This document shows, piece by piece, positions 35,849 to 49,211 of a stretch of 64,000 nucleotides of DNA. How positions within the stretch are numbered: the stretch's first letter is position 1; each line of letters begins with the position of its first letter. A program made the position numbers and the translations under genes. The DNA is from Octopus vulgaris (Eukaryota), in assembly GCA_951406725.2 (NCBI GenBank), contig OX597825.1, positions 24,986,001-25,050,000 on the forward strand, in the 5' to 3' direction. Under the pieces are notes generated by a model that made no database searches, was not told where the DNA came from, and saw nothing but the letters and a program-made list of their open reading frames with translations.

Positions 35849-37976
35849 TATATATATATATATAAATCAAGGGTTGAATAGAAAGAACACACCATACAGA
35901 AAACTAGATGAAAACATAACAAACGGGAAGTTATTAAGGAGGTAGAATTTGATTGTCAAAAGACCTCATCATGTGTGAGGGAAGACAAGAAAATATATTT
36001 TAATTCAAAATAAGTCCACACATACAACACGAACAGGCTTTAATTAATTATCTGTAGTGGCAGAGTTGTTGTTTAGCCACAAGTCATCCCAGATTGAGCA
36101 CACCTTATGGTCGAAGACATTCCAATACTGACCATCCTCCGATCTTTTAACAAACAGTGTGCCTAGGACAATCCAATAGGATTTTGAAAAAAAAAGTAAA
36201 GTGTAATTTGAAAGAGATTTAATTGCTATTTCTAGCATGTTGAGTGGTTCAGTGACAGCATAGGAGCTTTGTGTCTGGTAGAATAAGTAATTCGAAACAC
36301 TGAATGAATGCCTTATTGCAAGAATTTCTTAGACTAGGTTCTATGGAAAAAACTTCCAAGGGTTCTGTGGGACAAAGGGGGTTTCTAACATTTAAAAATT
36401 TTGTCAATAGCAAGAAATTTTCTCCATGACAAAACACATGGAATGGCTTTCTTGTAGGTTTGAATATATTCCCAACATATTTGAACTGGTATTGAATTTA
36501 AAAATATATTTTATAAATAAAAAAAAAGATATTTACCATTTTCGAAATGATAAATTATTTGATTTTTTAAAAAATATGAATAAATTCTCTCCTTAAAGCA
36601 ATTTTTATTCAGTTAAAATTTAGGGGAGAGGGAGTTAATTGTAAAATATAAGTATGAGTTTTTTTTTGTTTTCTTTTTGAAAAATCATGATAAAATCAAA
36701 ATAAATCTGGTGGGGAAAGGAACCCTATTTAATACATATTATCCAGTCCTTCCCCTTCATATTACTCTGAGCCTTTTGTTTCAGCCCCTTCTGCTAGAAA
36801 CAACAAGAGTAGTAATATAGTTGTCCAGAACCCAATAGGCTATAATCTAACCCACTGCTTCCAACAGTGAATTTTTACTTATAAGCAGACAAACCAAGTC
36901 ATTTGTGAGTGTCTTGAACACAATGAAATGATGGCCAGTGTACAGGATGCAAGCCACTGACTCTGCATCAGCTAGTTATCTTGAACTTTAGTGCTATAAT
37001 TGCCATCCACAGAATGCACTCAACACAAAGTAGAGAAAATGCCCTCAACTGGTGCCACTACTCCAATAACCATATGAAGTGATCCTGATCTCTATGACCT
37101 GCAGTACAGGTTGAACCCTGCTCTTCAAACAAGTAAACAATCTCATCAATTCTAACACTTTTAAAGCTGTGAGTTTGTCCTCTACACTGCACTACCTATT
37201 AACAGCTAGGTGGACTGGGTCGTTCATTTACAGGCACTATCTAAAATACATATGCTTCTGAGATGGAGGCCCTACAAGTCATTAAAACAGGGCCTTAAAT
37301 GACCAGTATAAATGCTAAAAGGTTAAGGATAAGCTATCATCCATACCACCCATCCCATAAACTAATTTGTTGGGGTTTACTGTATGACACATATGCTTCT
37401 TTTACTGGTTTCAGGCATTAGACCTGTGGCCAAGTTGGAGCAACACCTTTTAGTAGTAGGGTTGCAGATTTATTATATTGAAAAAAAAAAAAAAAAGCAG
37501 CATGTTGGGTTAACAAGTCACCCAACATGAAGATTTTGCTGGTAAATTTAAGAATATACGCACACACACACATATATATCATCATCATTTTTACATGCTT
37601 CCCAACACAGTGCCTTGCCTTTTGTCACAAAGGAGGGACAAGACAACACAGACAGTGTTTCTTTATCATCTTCGTGAAGTTCAGCTTCCTGAGATCAGTT
37701 TTATCACCCAAGTCTTCCTTAGCGTTCCCCTTCAATAGTTTCTTTCCACCCAAATCCCCACAACACTTCTACACCCATCTGTCATCTTGTTATATCCTTC
37801 GTACACATCAAGTCCTGGTAGCAACACACTCTACACTCTTGCATGCTCCTATTCATTCCACTTGTACCTAGTTTAGCTCCCAGCTCATCTGTACTACACC
37901 AACCACACATACTAACATACATAAGGACTGAGCACAGGCTGGTCCTAATCTAACATCATACTCAATACACTTACAC

Positions 37977-38180
37977 TTTTACTTGTTTCAGCCATCTGAC
38001 TACGGCCATGCTGGAGCACCACCTCTAGTCAAGCAAATCGTCTCCAGGACTTATTCTTAGTAAGTCGAGAACTTATTCTATCGGTCTCTTTTGCCGAACC
38101 GCTAAGTTACAGGGACATAAACACATCAGCATCGGTGGTCAAGCGATGTTGGGGGAACAAACACAGATACACAAACATAT

Positions 38181-38242
<62 letters not shown>

Positions 38243-38586
38243 TTATACGATGGGCTTCTTTCAGTTTCCGTCTACCAAATCCACTCGCAAGGCTTTGGTC
38301 GGCCCGAGGCTATAGTAGAAGACACTTGCCCAAGGTGCCACGCAGTGGGACTGAACCTGGAACCATGCGGTTGGTAAACAAGCTACTTACCACACAGCCA
38401 CTCCTGCGTATATATATATACACAACGGGCTTCTTTCAGTTTCCGTCTACCAAATCCACTCACAAGGCTTCGGTCGGCCCGAGGCTATAGTAGAAGACAC
38501 TTGCCCAAGGTGCCACGCAGTGGGACTGAACCCGGAACCATGCGGTTCGTAAGCAAGCTACTTACCACACAGCCACTCCCACGCCT
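37977..38586 (-). mobile_element. SINE family A, full copy plus adjacent 5'-half copy
   Basis: Two tandem heads ending at about 38408 and 38586. Confidence 0.8.
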
Positions 38587-39194
38587 AATAGGATCCTTAA
38601 GTATAAAAATTAAATATCTTAGGGACAAAACACAAAAAAGGTTCAAACAGCATTTTAACACAGACACAACAACTACTTATTCCACCGCTCCACCGACTGT
38701 GATTTGTTCTTATAAATCTCTGTCAGCATTTCATAAAGTCAAATATACAGCTTATAGTATTTTATTATTCATTCAATAACTGATCAACGTCAGCATCGCC
38801 AATACAGTATGTTTTCATTTCTTTTTTTTCCCCCCCATCCCACCCCATGGTATTTACACTTGGAAGGATGAAGAACTAAGTGGGAGAGAGAGAGAGAGAG
38901 AGAGATAGAGTCATCATAGGGAAACAATTGCAAAAGGAGGTGCGGGGGTGGGGTGGGGGGGGGGTGCATATTGGGTTGATTACATCCTGAAGGTGTATAT
39001 AGGTATACATGTGTGCATATACAATACATAAATTCAAACCTTTGTGTGTGTGTGTGTGTGTATATATTTATACATATATACAGGCATATCTACATGTAAA
39101 TATATATATATAAATATGTATGTATGTATATATGTGTATATATATATATATATATACATATACATACATATAAATATATATATATATAAATATG

Positions 39195-39240
<46 letters not shown>

Positions 39241-39312
39241 CGCCATACTAATACAATTGTTTGTTTGTACTCCACCTGCCTTCGTCTTTTGTTTATTTTC
39301 ATAAACCTTCCC

Positions 39313-39348
<36 letters not shown>

Positions 39349-39869
39349 CTGGGGTTTTCCAAAAATCCACCTAACCATTAGATCACCAACGGGTGTTTAT
39401 TTTGATGGGCGGTTATTTGTGGTTAAAAGTTGAAACAGAGTTAGCGTTCTTGTTTGCATTCTGTTTAGACGTTCATTTGCTCTGTTCGGCACTAGCCGTA
39501 TTTCGTCGGAGGAGTAATATAACACTCTTTTATTGATTACTGCTATCTGATAGTTTATCGGCTGCACTACGCCACTTGTCTGATCCAATTATATTTGTCG
39601 TCATTGCTATGCGATCTGATTTACTTTGAATATCTCAATTTGTAACACAAGTTCTTATTGAATGCCGATATCCAGGGAATAACCACTGTTTTGCTGTTAA
39701 TGTTCCTTACATATGTCATTAGTAATTATCATTTTGCAAGCTTCACTAGGTTATTGTACAGTAAGTTTTGGTGGAATAAATATGTCTGTAGATAAATTCA
39801 AAGGATTTTTATTCCCAATAATGGAGTTGTGAGAAAATATATCAAAATGTGTTCAACTATCACATACCT

Positions 39870-40278
39870 ATTTCTTTACTACCCACAAGGGTCTAAACAC
39901 AGAGAGGACAAACAAGGACAGACAAACGGATTAAGTCGATTATATCGACCCCAGTGTGTAACTGGTACTTATTTAATCGACCCCGGAAGGATGAAAGACA
40001 AAGTCGACCTCGGCATAATTTGAACTGAGAACTTAGCAATAGACGAAATACCTATTTCTTTACTACCCACAAGGGGCTAAATACAGAGGGGACAAACAAG
40101 GACAGACAAACGGATTAAGTCGATTATATCGACCCCAGTGTGTAACTGGTACTTAATTTATCGACCCTGAAAGGATGAAAGGCAAAGTCGACCTCGGCGG
40201 AATTTGAACTCAGAACGTAGCGGCAGACGAAACACCACTAAGCATTTTGCCAAGTGCGCTAACGATTCTGCCAGCTCG
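39870..40278 (-). mobile_element. SINE family B dimer inserted at the transposase start
   Basis: Two tandem monomers; imperfect TSD gttcaactatcaca / gttcaacaaccaca. Confidence 0.75.
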
Positions 40279-40292
40279 TCGTTCAACAACCA

Positions 40293-41519
40293 CAACAACC
40301 ACATGCCATTAGTGAAAAATTGAGTGCTATTAAACGAGTGAAAGAACATTCTGGCAATTTATCTGCTGCGTCAAGAAATTTAGGTATTGATAGAAAACAA
40401 TTGAGAGAATGATGCACAAAAGAAACTGAGTTAATCAATATGCCAGACAAGAGGGAGCACAGATCAATTTGTGGAGGTAGAGGACCAGCAAATAGGGATC
40501 TAGAGATTGAACTCTTACAGTGGGTTGCTGTTCAGTGTGCAAACTATATAATTGTAAATTATCACCGTTTACGGGGATATGCTTTTGAATTGGTAACAAA
40601 GTTTGGAATTGAAATGAATGGCTTCAGATGTTCTGATAAATGGATTTTCAATTTCATGAAACGGAATAAACTGACTGGGAGAAAGATTACACATGTTGGT
40701 CAAGCAGACAATAAAACACTTGGAGAAAAGGCACAAATCGCCAGTGACTATTGAGATAGCTTTCCAGTGTTAACAGCAGATAAGGGTGCTGACCAGATTT
40801 ATAATATGGATGAAACACCTGTATACATTGACATGTTGAGTTCAACGACCATAGAATTTGTTGGCAATAAAAATGTAGATGCTAGCCACTGTGGTGCTAC
40901 CAAAGCTCGTTTTACTGACGTGCAGTGTGTTAATCCTGCAGGAAAGGTGTTGAAAACAATGATTATCCTTAAAAGATTGAAAAACGTGCCTAAAATCAAG
41001 GTCCCGAAGACTATTTACTTAACAGTCTCCAACAGGGGATCAATCACATATGAATTCATGCAGCTATGGGCTGACAAAGTGTTTGGGCAGAGAACAGCAC
41101 AACTACTCCATGCTCAAAATTCAGTGCTATTATTCATGGATGAATGCTCAGTGCACAAGAAAACAGAGCTCCTAGAAGCGTTCAAACGTAGAAAAACAAT
41201 TCTCAAACTTATACCTCCTAAAACAACATCGTACTTGCAGCCATTAGATGTATCAATTAATGGTCGTTTCAAGGAAGCCCTTTGTACTGAATGAAAGAAT
41301 TGGTTTTCAAATAGCAAAAAGGAGTATACGAATAAAGGATGTCGCAAAAAACCTTTTTATCAAGAGATAGTGAACTTTGTGGCCCAAGTTGTTGCCACTT
41401 TAAAGAAAGAAACTATAAAGCGTGCTTTTGAATGTTGTGGAATTGCTCCTCGTGGACAGACTGAAGAACATAGCCTCTTAAACTCACGCTTACAGGATGT
41501 TTTGTCTGGCCTGAGGTAA
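40293..41519 (+). pseudogene. pogo-type transposase (HTH + CENP-B-type HTH + DDE_1) with three in-frame TGA stops
   Basis: A single frame carries AASRNLGIDRKQLRE*, DLEIELLQWV, CSDKWIFNFMKR, YNMDETP, FMDECSVH and LQPLDVSIN, with 35 aa between the last two Asp. Stops at 40410, 40752 and 41292. Confidence 0.85.
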
Positions 41520-42238
41520 ATGTGCCAGATGCACATAATGACAAAATTGAAGAAGAAGATGAGATACAAGTAAATGAAATTAGCTCTGATGTGAATTATG
41601 GCCAAGCAACAAATGAAGAAATTTGTGATATTTAACTTTAAACTATTTGGTTATTATTCTACCATAAAAGCCCAAGGACATTATTTCTTCATACGAGGCT
41701 TCTATTCATGTTTTCAACAGTTTAATTTTCAATATTTCCTAATAGATCAATTGCTAACTTCAGAATATTTTTTAATATGCTACTTCTCTTAAGGCTGTTT
41801 CAGTTTCTTTATGTCTATATATCTGATAACTGAAACGATATAAGTTCAATGGAATTCTATAAAATAAATATGGTTTATGAGAATATCATTGCTTTTCCTA
41901 GGTGAAATATTTTAATTTCATTTTACCGCCCTTGAGCGCAGTGGATTTTCGGAAAACTCCAGTACATATATATATACATACATAAATATATACATATATG
42001 AATATATATGTGTGTATGTATAGTGTGCATATATATATAAATATATTTGCCATGTTGGACTGCTGAAATCTACTAGTCTTTTTCATTCTCTCTTTATTTT
42101 CTTTTAATCCTTTCTGTTGAAGTGCATAGGCTCAAAACGTAAAAGTCTTTTTCATTTTTCCCCGAGCCTCAAACTAATACACTTGCTTGTTGTTTAAGCA
42201 CCTGTCCTCGTCTTTTGTTTCCTATAAATTTCAACTAC

Positions 42239-42279
<41 letters not shown>

Positions 42280-42282
<3 letters not shown>

Positions 42283-43605
42283 GAAAGTATGGTAGGTGAT
42301 TACACGTTGAATATATATGGAAAGAAATAAGATGAAAAAACACAGAAGATTTGTGTTAAAAGACTAAATATATAAGAATCATAATAGTAAAAGTATTATA
42401 CAATATTGTACAAAAGATTTTTTTCTTCCAACATAATAACCAGTTTCATTATTGCTTTTCAAATTATGAGTTTTGGATGAATTTCTGAATTAGACATTTT
42501 GTTTGCTGGGGGAATAATTGGTAACCAAGGTAGTTTACAGTAAAGGGGAGGTAAATCTATCATTTTTTATACTGATCTACATTTGATTCTTATAATAGTT
42601 GGGGATTCAACCTTTAACCTTACAAGAAGGATTTGCACCATAGTGTCCGAAAAAAAATACCAAAGAACGAAGATTGCAAGAGCTTAGAAATGTACTCCAG
42701 GACAGACACTATCCAATTCAACTCGTAAATGAAGGGTTTAAACATGCAAAATCCAATGACATAAAATCATTAAGAGAAGTCGAACACAATAACACACCCA
42801 CTCTGAAAACACTACCGTATGTCTCCACATAGAACCCCAGAAACAAAGAAGCATTTAACATCATTGTCCCAAATCTCCCAATACTCCATAAGGACTCCAA
42901 ACTAAAGGGAATTCTACATACCCATAAAATCATTAAAAGTGGTAAACAACCAAATGCATTAAAGAAAATCCTCACAAATGCTAAATTATTTTCAAGGATA
43001 ACAGATGCAAGAGTAAAAAAGTGTGCTTGTTCTAACTGTGGAACATGTCCCAGTCTTTTGGAAGGATCAGAAATCCATTTTAGACAGGGGCAAAAATTCA
43101 AAGTTAAATCCAGCTTCACTTGCACCTCTGAAAATCTCATCTATGTTATCAAATGCTTGAGCTGCCATAAAAACTATATAGGATTGACAAGAATGTCAAT
43201 CAGATGGAAATGTACAGTTCACAGATAACAGACATCCTCCCCACAATATCGCCAGATATATCTCAGTGAACACATTGACAGATGTGCAAAAAAACAGCAA
43301 CCACAATTCCTAATCTTCCCATTATAACAATTTGCTACTTTGATCTCAACACAAGTGAGACTAAATAAGGAAGCCTCGTTTATCAAAAAGTATAAGCCGG
43401 AATTAAATATAAACCCATATTGAACATTAAAGATTTAACCCCAACAATTGTAAGAATCAAATGTAAAGCAATAATGAAACCGGTTACTATGTTGGAAAAC
43501 AAAATCTTATTTTGCATAATATTGTATAATACTTTTACTGTTACAATTCTAATATATTCTTGAGTCTTTTAAAACAATTGTGTGTTTCTTCATCTCATTT
43601 CATTC
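42280..43605 (+). mobile_element. 5'-truncated Penelope-like retroelement (GIY-YIG endonuclease) with inverted pLTR, in (TA)n
   Basis: KCACSNCGTC...FTCTSENLIYVIKCLSCHKNYIGLT...LSEHIDRC...EASFIKKYKPELN at about 43020-43420. Segments 42327-42460 and 42581-42617 are inverted copies of 43427-43597. Confidence 0.85.
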
Positions 43606-44816
43606 TGTATATATATATCAATGTAATATATACACACATATATATATACATACATATATACACACACACATATATATATACATACATGCATATACATATA
43701 TGCATATAGAAGACAACTGCCCTAGGTGCCACACAGTGGGACTGAATCCGGAACCATGTGGTGGGTAAGCAAGCTACTTACCACACAGCCATGCCTGCAC
43801 CTCTCTCTCTCTCTATATATATATATATATTTCCTTTCGCAAATACTGATTGGACACAGACACTGTGTCATTAGCCAGCTTGAGGTGATGTTTTCCTGGG
43901 GCTATAAACTACAGTAACATTGTCTCATATGAGTCAGCCACATTTAGGTGGCAAATATACTTCACAATGTTGTGCTGCTACTGTTTACATCTTGCTCAGA
44001 GATATTTATTATTGCTTATATATATATATACACATATATACATATATATATTTATACATACATATAGATACATATATGTATACATACATATATATATATA
44101 ACATACATATATATACATATAGATACACATACATACATATATAGACATATATATTTATACATATATATACATACATATATACATACATATATGTATACAT
44201 ATATATATATATACATATATGTATACATATATATATACATATAAAAATAGAAATTACTCAATGCTGTCTGCTTCATACAATATACACAGACACACACGCA
44301 CACACAATCTCTCTTTAACCTTACATGGCAATTTGATGGCCTTTCTTATTATTGTTGTTATTGTCCCTTCTTCAAAAAAGACATGAATCACCCGTCATAT
44401 GTATACATATATATATACATATAAATATATATACATACATACACACACATATATATATATATATAACATACATACACCTTGTATTTCAGGATGGTTGTTT
44501 TTTTTTTTTGGCAAAATAAACACACACACTATATATATATATTTGTTCTTCACTCTTTTATTACAGTTCTTATTCTAACTCATGTCCATTGTTGGGAAAT
44601 CTTTCATCACACACCTGTGACCTCCTCACCAACACTTTCCAGCTTCATGTATACTCTTGCTCTGCTTATTCCATTCTGTTCTTCTATGATGTGTATCCTT
44701 ATATGTGCATGTGTCTGTGTTTGTACATGTGTGTGTGTGTGTCATTGTTATTAGTACCACTATGACCCTCCCCCCAGCCACACTGCTGCCTCCTTGAACC
44801 TAACTTTTTGTACTGT

Positions 44817-44854
<38 letters not shown>

Positions 44855-45609
44855 CACACACATGCATATGCATACACACACATATATATATATCAATATC
44901 TATATATATATATATAAATATATATACACACACACACATATATTTGAGAGTGTATATAAATGTTTGTATAGTGCATGTATGTATATTCATATACACAGAT
45001 ACACAAATACACATACGGGTGTACATGTGAGATATACACACACGGGTGCACAAGCAAAAGAAAATATACCACGAGATTGTCACATGTTGAAAAATAGAAA
45101 TTACTCAATGCTGTCTGCTTCATACAATATACACAGACACACAGACACACACAATCTCTCTTTGACCTCAAATGGCAATTTGATGGCCTTTCTTATTATT
45201 GTTGTTATTGTCCCTTTTTCAAAAAACGACATGAATCACCCGTCAGCTTCCTGCTCTAGTTAGGAACACAAAATAGAAGTGTAAATAATATCGGATGCAT
45301 TTTACTTCCTCTCCAATCCAACCACAACCACCGCAGAGACATACAGAATTACAGGAGTGACTGTGACGTTTGGAAGTTTGCCTTTTGCGAAAACCATGGT
45401 GCTGGGTTCAATCTCCCCGCTGCATGAGACCTGGGGCAAAAGCTCCATGCCATCGCTCTGGGGTGACTCAAGGAGCAGGGGAATGGATCAAACCCATGAA
45501 GAAGTCCAACAAACAAACATACATACATACATCACACACATGCACATGCATACAAACATACATACATGTTGTATAAGCATGTGTGTGCATGTGTATGTGT
45601 GCATGTGTG

Positions 45610-45740
<131 letters not shown>

Positions 45741-46442
45741 TCATAAAGAGACACATGCAGGCTCTGCTTTGCTACAAGTCCTCAATAAATATTTGTCAAT
45801 TGTGAATTATTTATGGCTAAAAATACAAGTTTATTGACTGCAGAGTAGATTCTTTGTTGTAAAACATCAAGGAAATTTGTGCCAGCTCACCGAGTTACAA
45901 TATATGCATTGATGTATGAATGCTAGTAAATACTGTGTGCGTGCACATGTGATGTGTGTGTATATGTTACACATATAAGGGAGAACAGGAAGGAGGGGTT
46001 AGAGAGGAAGACGATTAGGAGCGGACTACTAGACACGGCTGTAATATTTTCACAACGCATAATCATGAAGCTGGAAGGTACAGTAGGAGGGCAAGCAGGA
46101 CATTTTAGAAATAGCAACAGCAAAGGGCTGACTAAAAAGGGGGAGGAATGGAAAATGGCTCCTGTCTCAAAGTAACATGGAATACATAGATTTCCTTTAG
46201 AGACAGGTAGGGTAAGGTGAAGCTTTCGTTTCCCTCCGACTTTCTTTTCATCTCTCTCTCTCTCCCAAGGCACCCCCCCCTCACACACTGCATGTAACAA
46301 TGGCCAAATGACTAATTTCACTCAATCCCAACTCCACTACCGCCGCTGACGCCACTACCACCAACCACCAACCACCACCACCACCACCACCACTGCCGCC
46401 GCCACTGTGACCAGGGGACAGCCTCTCCACCCCACCAGGCCG

Positions 46443-46631
46443 TTAGGTGTGGTAAAGAGCCAAGGCTATAATAACACAAATGAAGGCACAACCAAAGTAG
46501 ATGTTCAGCTGGAGATTGAAGATGAGGATGGAAAGTACAGTGGTGATGAGCATAGCACAGGAGATGATAAATAGACGAGTGATGTTGCTGGCGTGTTTCA
46601 TGACGGCGGACATGATGAGACCATTGACAGC
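46443..46631 (-). CDS. SLC35A4: SLC35A4-like nucleotide-sugar transporter, terminal coding exon
   Basis: catttcag acceptor, phase 0; reads AVNGLIMSAVMKHASNITRLFIISCAMLITTVLSILIFNLQLNIYFGCAFICVIIALALYHT*, matching the SLC35A4 signature NGLxMSAVMKH..ITRLF. Confidence 0.9.
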   Translation of the reverse strand, partial: AVNGLIMSAVMKHASNITRLFIISCAMLITTVLSILIFNLQLNIYFGCAFICVIIALALYHT

Positions 46632-47457
46632 CTGAAATGACAAGTTACAGAGAAAACATTTGACAACAGAAAAAACTCTAAAAAAAAGTAAAAATTAAAT
46701 TTAAAAAAAACCCAAAAAAACTACAGACTTATGGTTAGCATATATAGATTCAGGTTCAATTTCAATGCATGGCACCTTATTCTAATGTCTTTTACCAAAG
46801 CCTTACACTGACTGGATAACTTGTGAGTGGAATTTGGTAGAAGAAAACTGTGCCAAAACATGTTGTGTGTGTGTGTGTGTGTGTGAGTATAAGCTAAAAA
46901 AAATATATTGCAGTATTTGGTTCCAACCAAGTTATCTTCCTTTTACACCAAAAGTAGAATTTCACTATCGGACAAAAAGGGGTGGATAAAATAAATGCCA
47001 CAGCAAAAGGTCCAGGCCTTGTTGCAGTGAAGTGGCTTGTGTGCCTCAGCAACCCCGAGAGCCATGCCAGTGGAGCACAAACTCCTTGACACCCCCCCCC
47101 ACATGCCATATCCCCACCATTGCAGGATAAGTCAAAGGATAAGAAGCCAAACAAATACAGACTTATTCTTCCCAGGGCCAACACCCCAACTTAGAAACAG
47201 AGCAAGGTTACAGAAGCATTGATTTTTTTTTTTTGCAAACAACTTGCAGACGTAAGTTCCACCAGCTGAAAGCTCCACCACATACCAAATGCTAGCAAGT
47301 TTATGGAATCATCAGAAGAGAATAGGTGTTGTTTCAGGGCCTACCTCTCTACAGCATGACTGCGTACCAACCCCATCTCACTGAAATGAGGTTCCACTTA
47401 CTGGAGCAACTGGTTACTCTGTTCTGCTCAATATTCATTGCTCATCATATCTTTTAA

Positions 47458-47678
47458 CCCTTTCATTACCGTATTTCTGTTGAGATGCTCTGTGTTTCTT
47501 TCAATTATTTTAAATATAACAAAGAATTTAGTGAAATAACTTTGCTACCATCAAGTTAGTGTTAGGAACATAAATTGTGATTAAGGTTTGGTGGAAAATT
47601 TTAATTCAAAACTTAAGAAAACAAGACATTTGTACTACAGAGTCAGAGGTGGTTTTGGCCAGGTTGGTAATGAAAGGG
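47458..47678. mobile_element. piggyBac-like MITE (TTAA TSD, 13-bp TIR)
   Basis: TTAA|CCCTTTCATTACC...GGTAATGAAAGGG|TTAA. Confidence 0.75.
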
Positions 47679-48569
47679 TTAATCCAAATCCAGTGGCTTG
47701 CCTTTTCCACTGTAGTCTGGATATCAGTGATGGTGGTATTTGCGTTACAATGACCTTGTGGTGATGGCATTTATTTTATTCACCTCTATTCGCCTGATGG
47801 TGAAATTCTACTTTGGTGCAAAGGAAGATAACTTGGTTGGAACCAAATACTGCAATATATTTTTTTTATCTTATGCTCACACACACACATCATGTTTTGG
47901 CACAGTTTTCTTGTATCTAATTCAAAGCCAACAAGACTTTAGAGAGGAAGGCCTTCTCTTGAGGGCAAATGGAAAGTCAAGAACAGCAGAGACAAAGTCA
48001 TAAGCAAGTATAATTAATAACGGACAAAGCATTGAGTCCCAAGGCAAAATATGTTTGGGGACAGTAGCCCTATTTAATACATTTCTTTCAGTTCCTCTAC
48101 CTTATGTGTCCAAATGAAGTCCATGAGTCACTTCAGTGACTAGAAACAAGTTGAAAATAAAGTGCAAAATTTTTATTTTGGATTTGCATTGTTCTGTCAC
48201 ATGACACAGAGTCATCAAAGTGACACAGGACCTTCAACACACAGCACATTAAACATCACCAACAGAATTGGAAAACCCACTTTTATAAGATCATGATTAA
48301 TTATTAGTCATTACTAATGCCACAAGGTGACTGGAGTTAACCATTCAGTTATACCTATTTCACTTGAAATTGTAAATATAAATACATTTAGTAGCTGATT
48401 GTTAAAAATAACTAGTTAAAAACAACTATAAGTTAATTAGTTCATATAAATTTATGAAATTTAATTATAAGAGAATAATACTTTTCATATGCCCCAGTCA
48501 TCCCTTTTAAACTGAATTATATTATTTTCCCTCTTTTAATTCGTGATATGTCATAACTTGTCAATTATA

Positions 48570-48960
48570 TCTATCTATATATATAAAGCTGAAGTTGTCT
48601 GTGTATGGCAGGTTTGGTAGCCTTCAACTAACACTATCTCCTCCGAGACCCTGCGGCACAAGTTGACCAAAATTGAGAGTATGATAGAAGAAGGCTTGCT
48701 CTTCCTTCCACAGAAGAAAAAATTCAAATCGGACCATGTTAATACCAAAAATTATTTACATCAAAAAAGTGCTTTTTTTTCTATGAAAATCCCTAATTTT
48801 TTACGATTTTTTTACTGCTGTGTCGCCATTTTTCGGTGAATTTCAACCTGAAAAATGTTCACTTAAAGAGAATAACAAGCTACATAATGCAAAATTTTTA
48901 CTTTTCAAAATTTCCGATTCTAAAGGATCAAGCTCGAGCAACACTGGTCTATACTGCTAG
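48570..48960 (+). mobile_element. Non-autonomous Helitron-like element, copy 2
   Basis: A|TC...CTAG|T insertion, highly similar to 2099-2491. Confidence 0.75.
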
Positions 48961-49152
48961 TGATATAATAAAAATAATATTCTATAATCAACCGAAAAAA
49001 TGATAACGAAATCAAAATGAAATAAAATGCAACTGATAGAATGATAGTTTTTCTTATTGTGATGATGATGATGATGATGCAAATTATGAATGAATGTCAA
49101 TACAAAAAAAAAAAAAAAGAAAAGAAAAAGAAACCCAGCAATATATCCTTAC

Positions 49153-49211
49153 TTGAGTAATGATAATGATCCATGTGTATATAGAGTATCCTTTGAAAAG
49201 GGAAAAACTAT
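49153..49211 (-). CDS. SLC35A4: SLC35A4-like exon (59 nt; DSFSLFKGYSIYTWIIIITQ)
   Basis: cattttcag acceptor and CAA|GTAAGG donor; phases fit both neighbouring exons. Confidence 0.85.

Larger units (their letters stand above)
39349..41962 (+). mobile_element. Full-length pogo-family DNA transposon (DD35D), inactive
   Basis: TIRs CTGGGGTTTTCCAAAAATCCAC / GTGGATTTTCGGAAAACTCCAG, TA TSD, inserted in (TA)n. Confidence 0.85.

Noticed and set aside
40410-41294. TGA at Trp-like positions in the transposase suggesting a TGA=Trp code or selenocysteine
   Set aside because: The same ORF uses TGG for other Trp residues, and neighbouring dead elements show similar TGG-to-TGA/TAG changes; ordinary decay explains it.
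45923-46321. 132-aa minus-strand ORF downstream of SLC35A4
   Set aside because: Non-ATG start, low-complexity content and no recognisable domain; probably 3' UTR.
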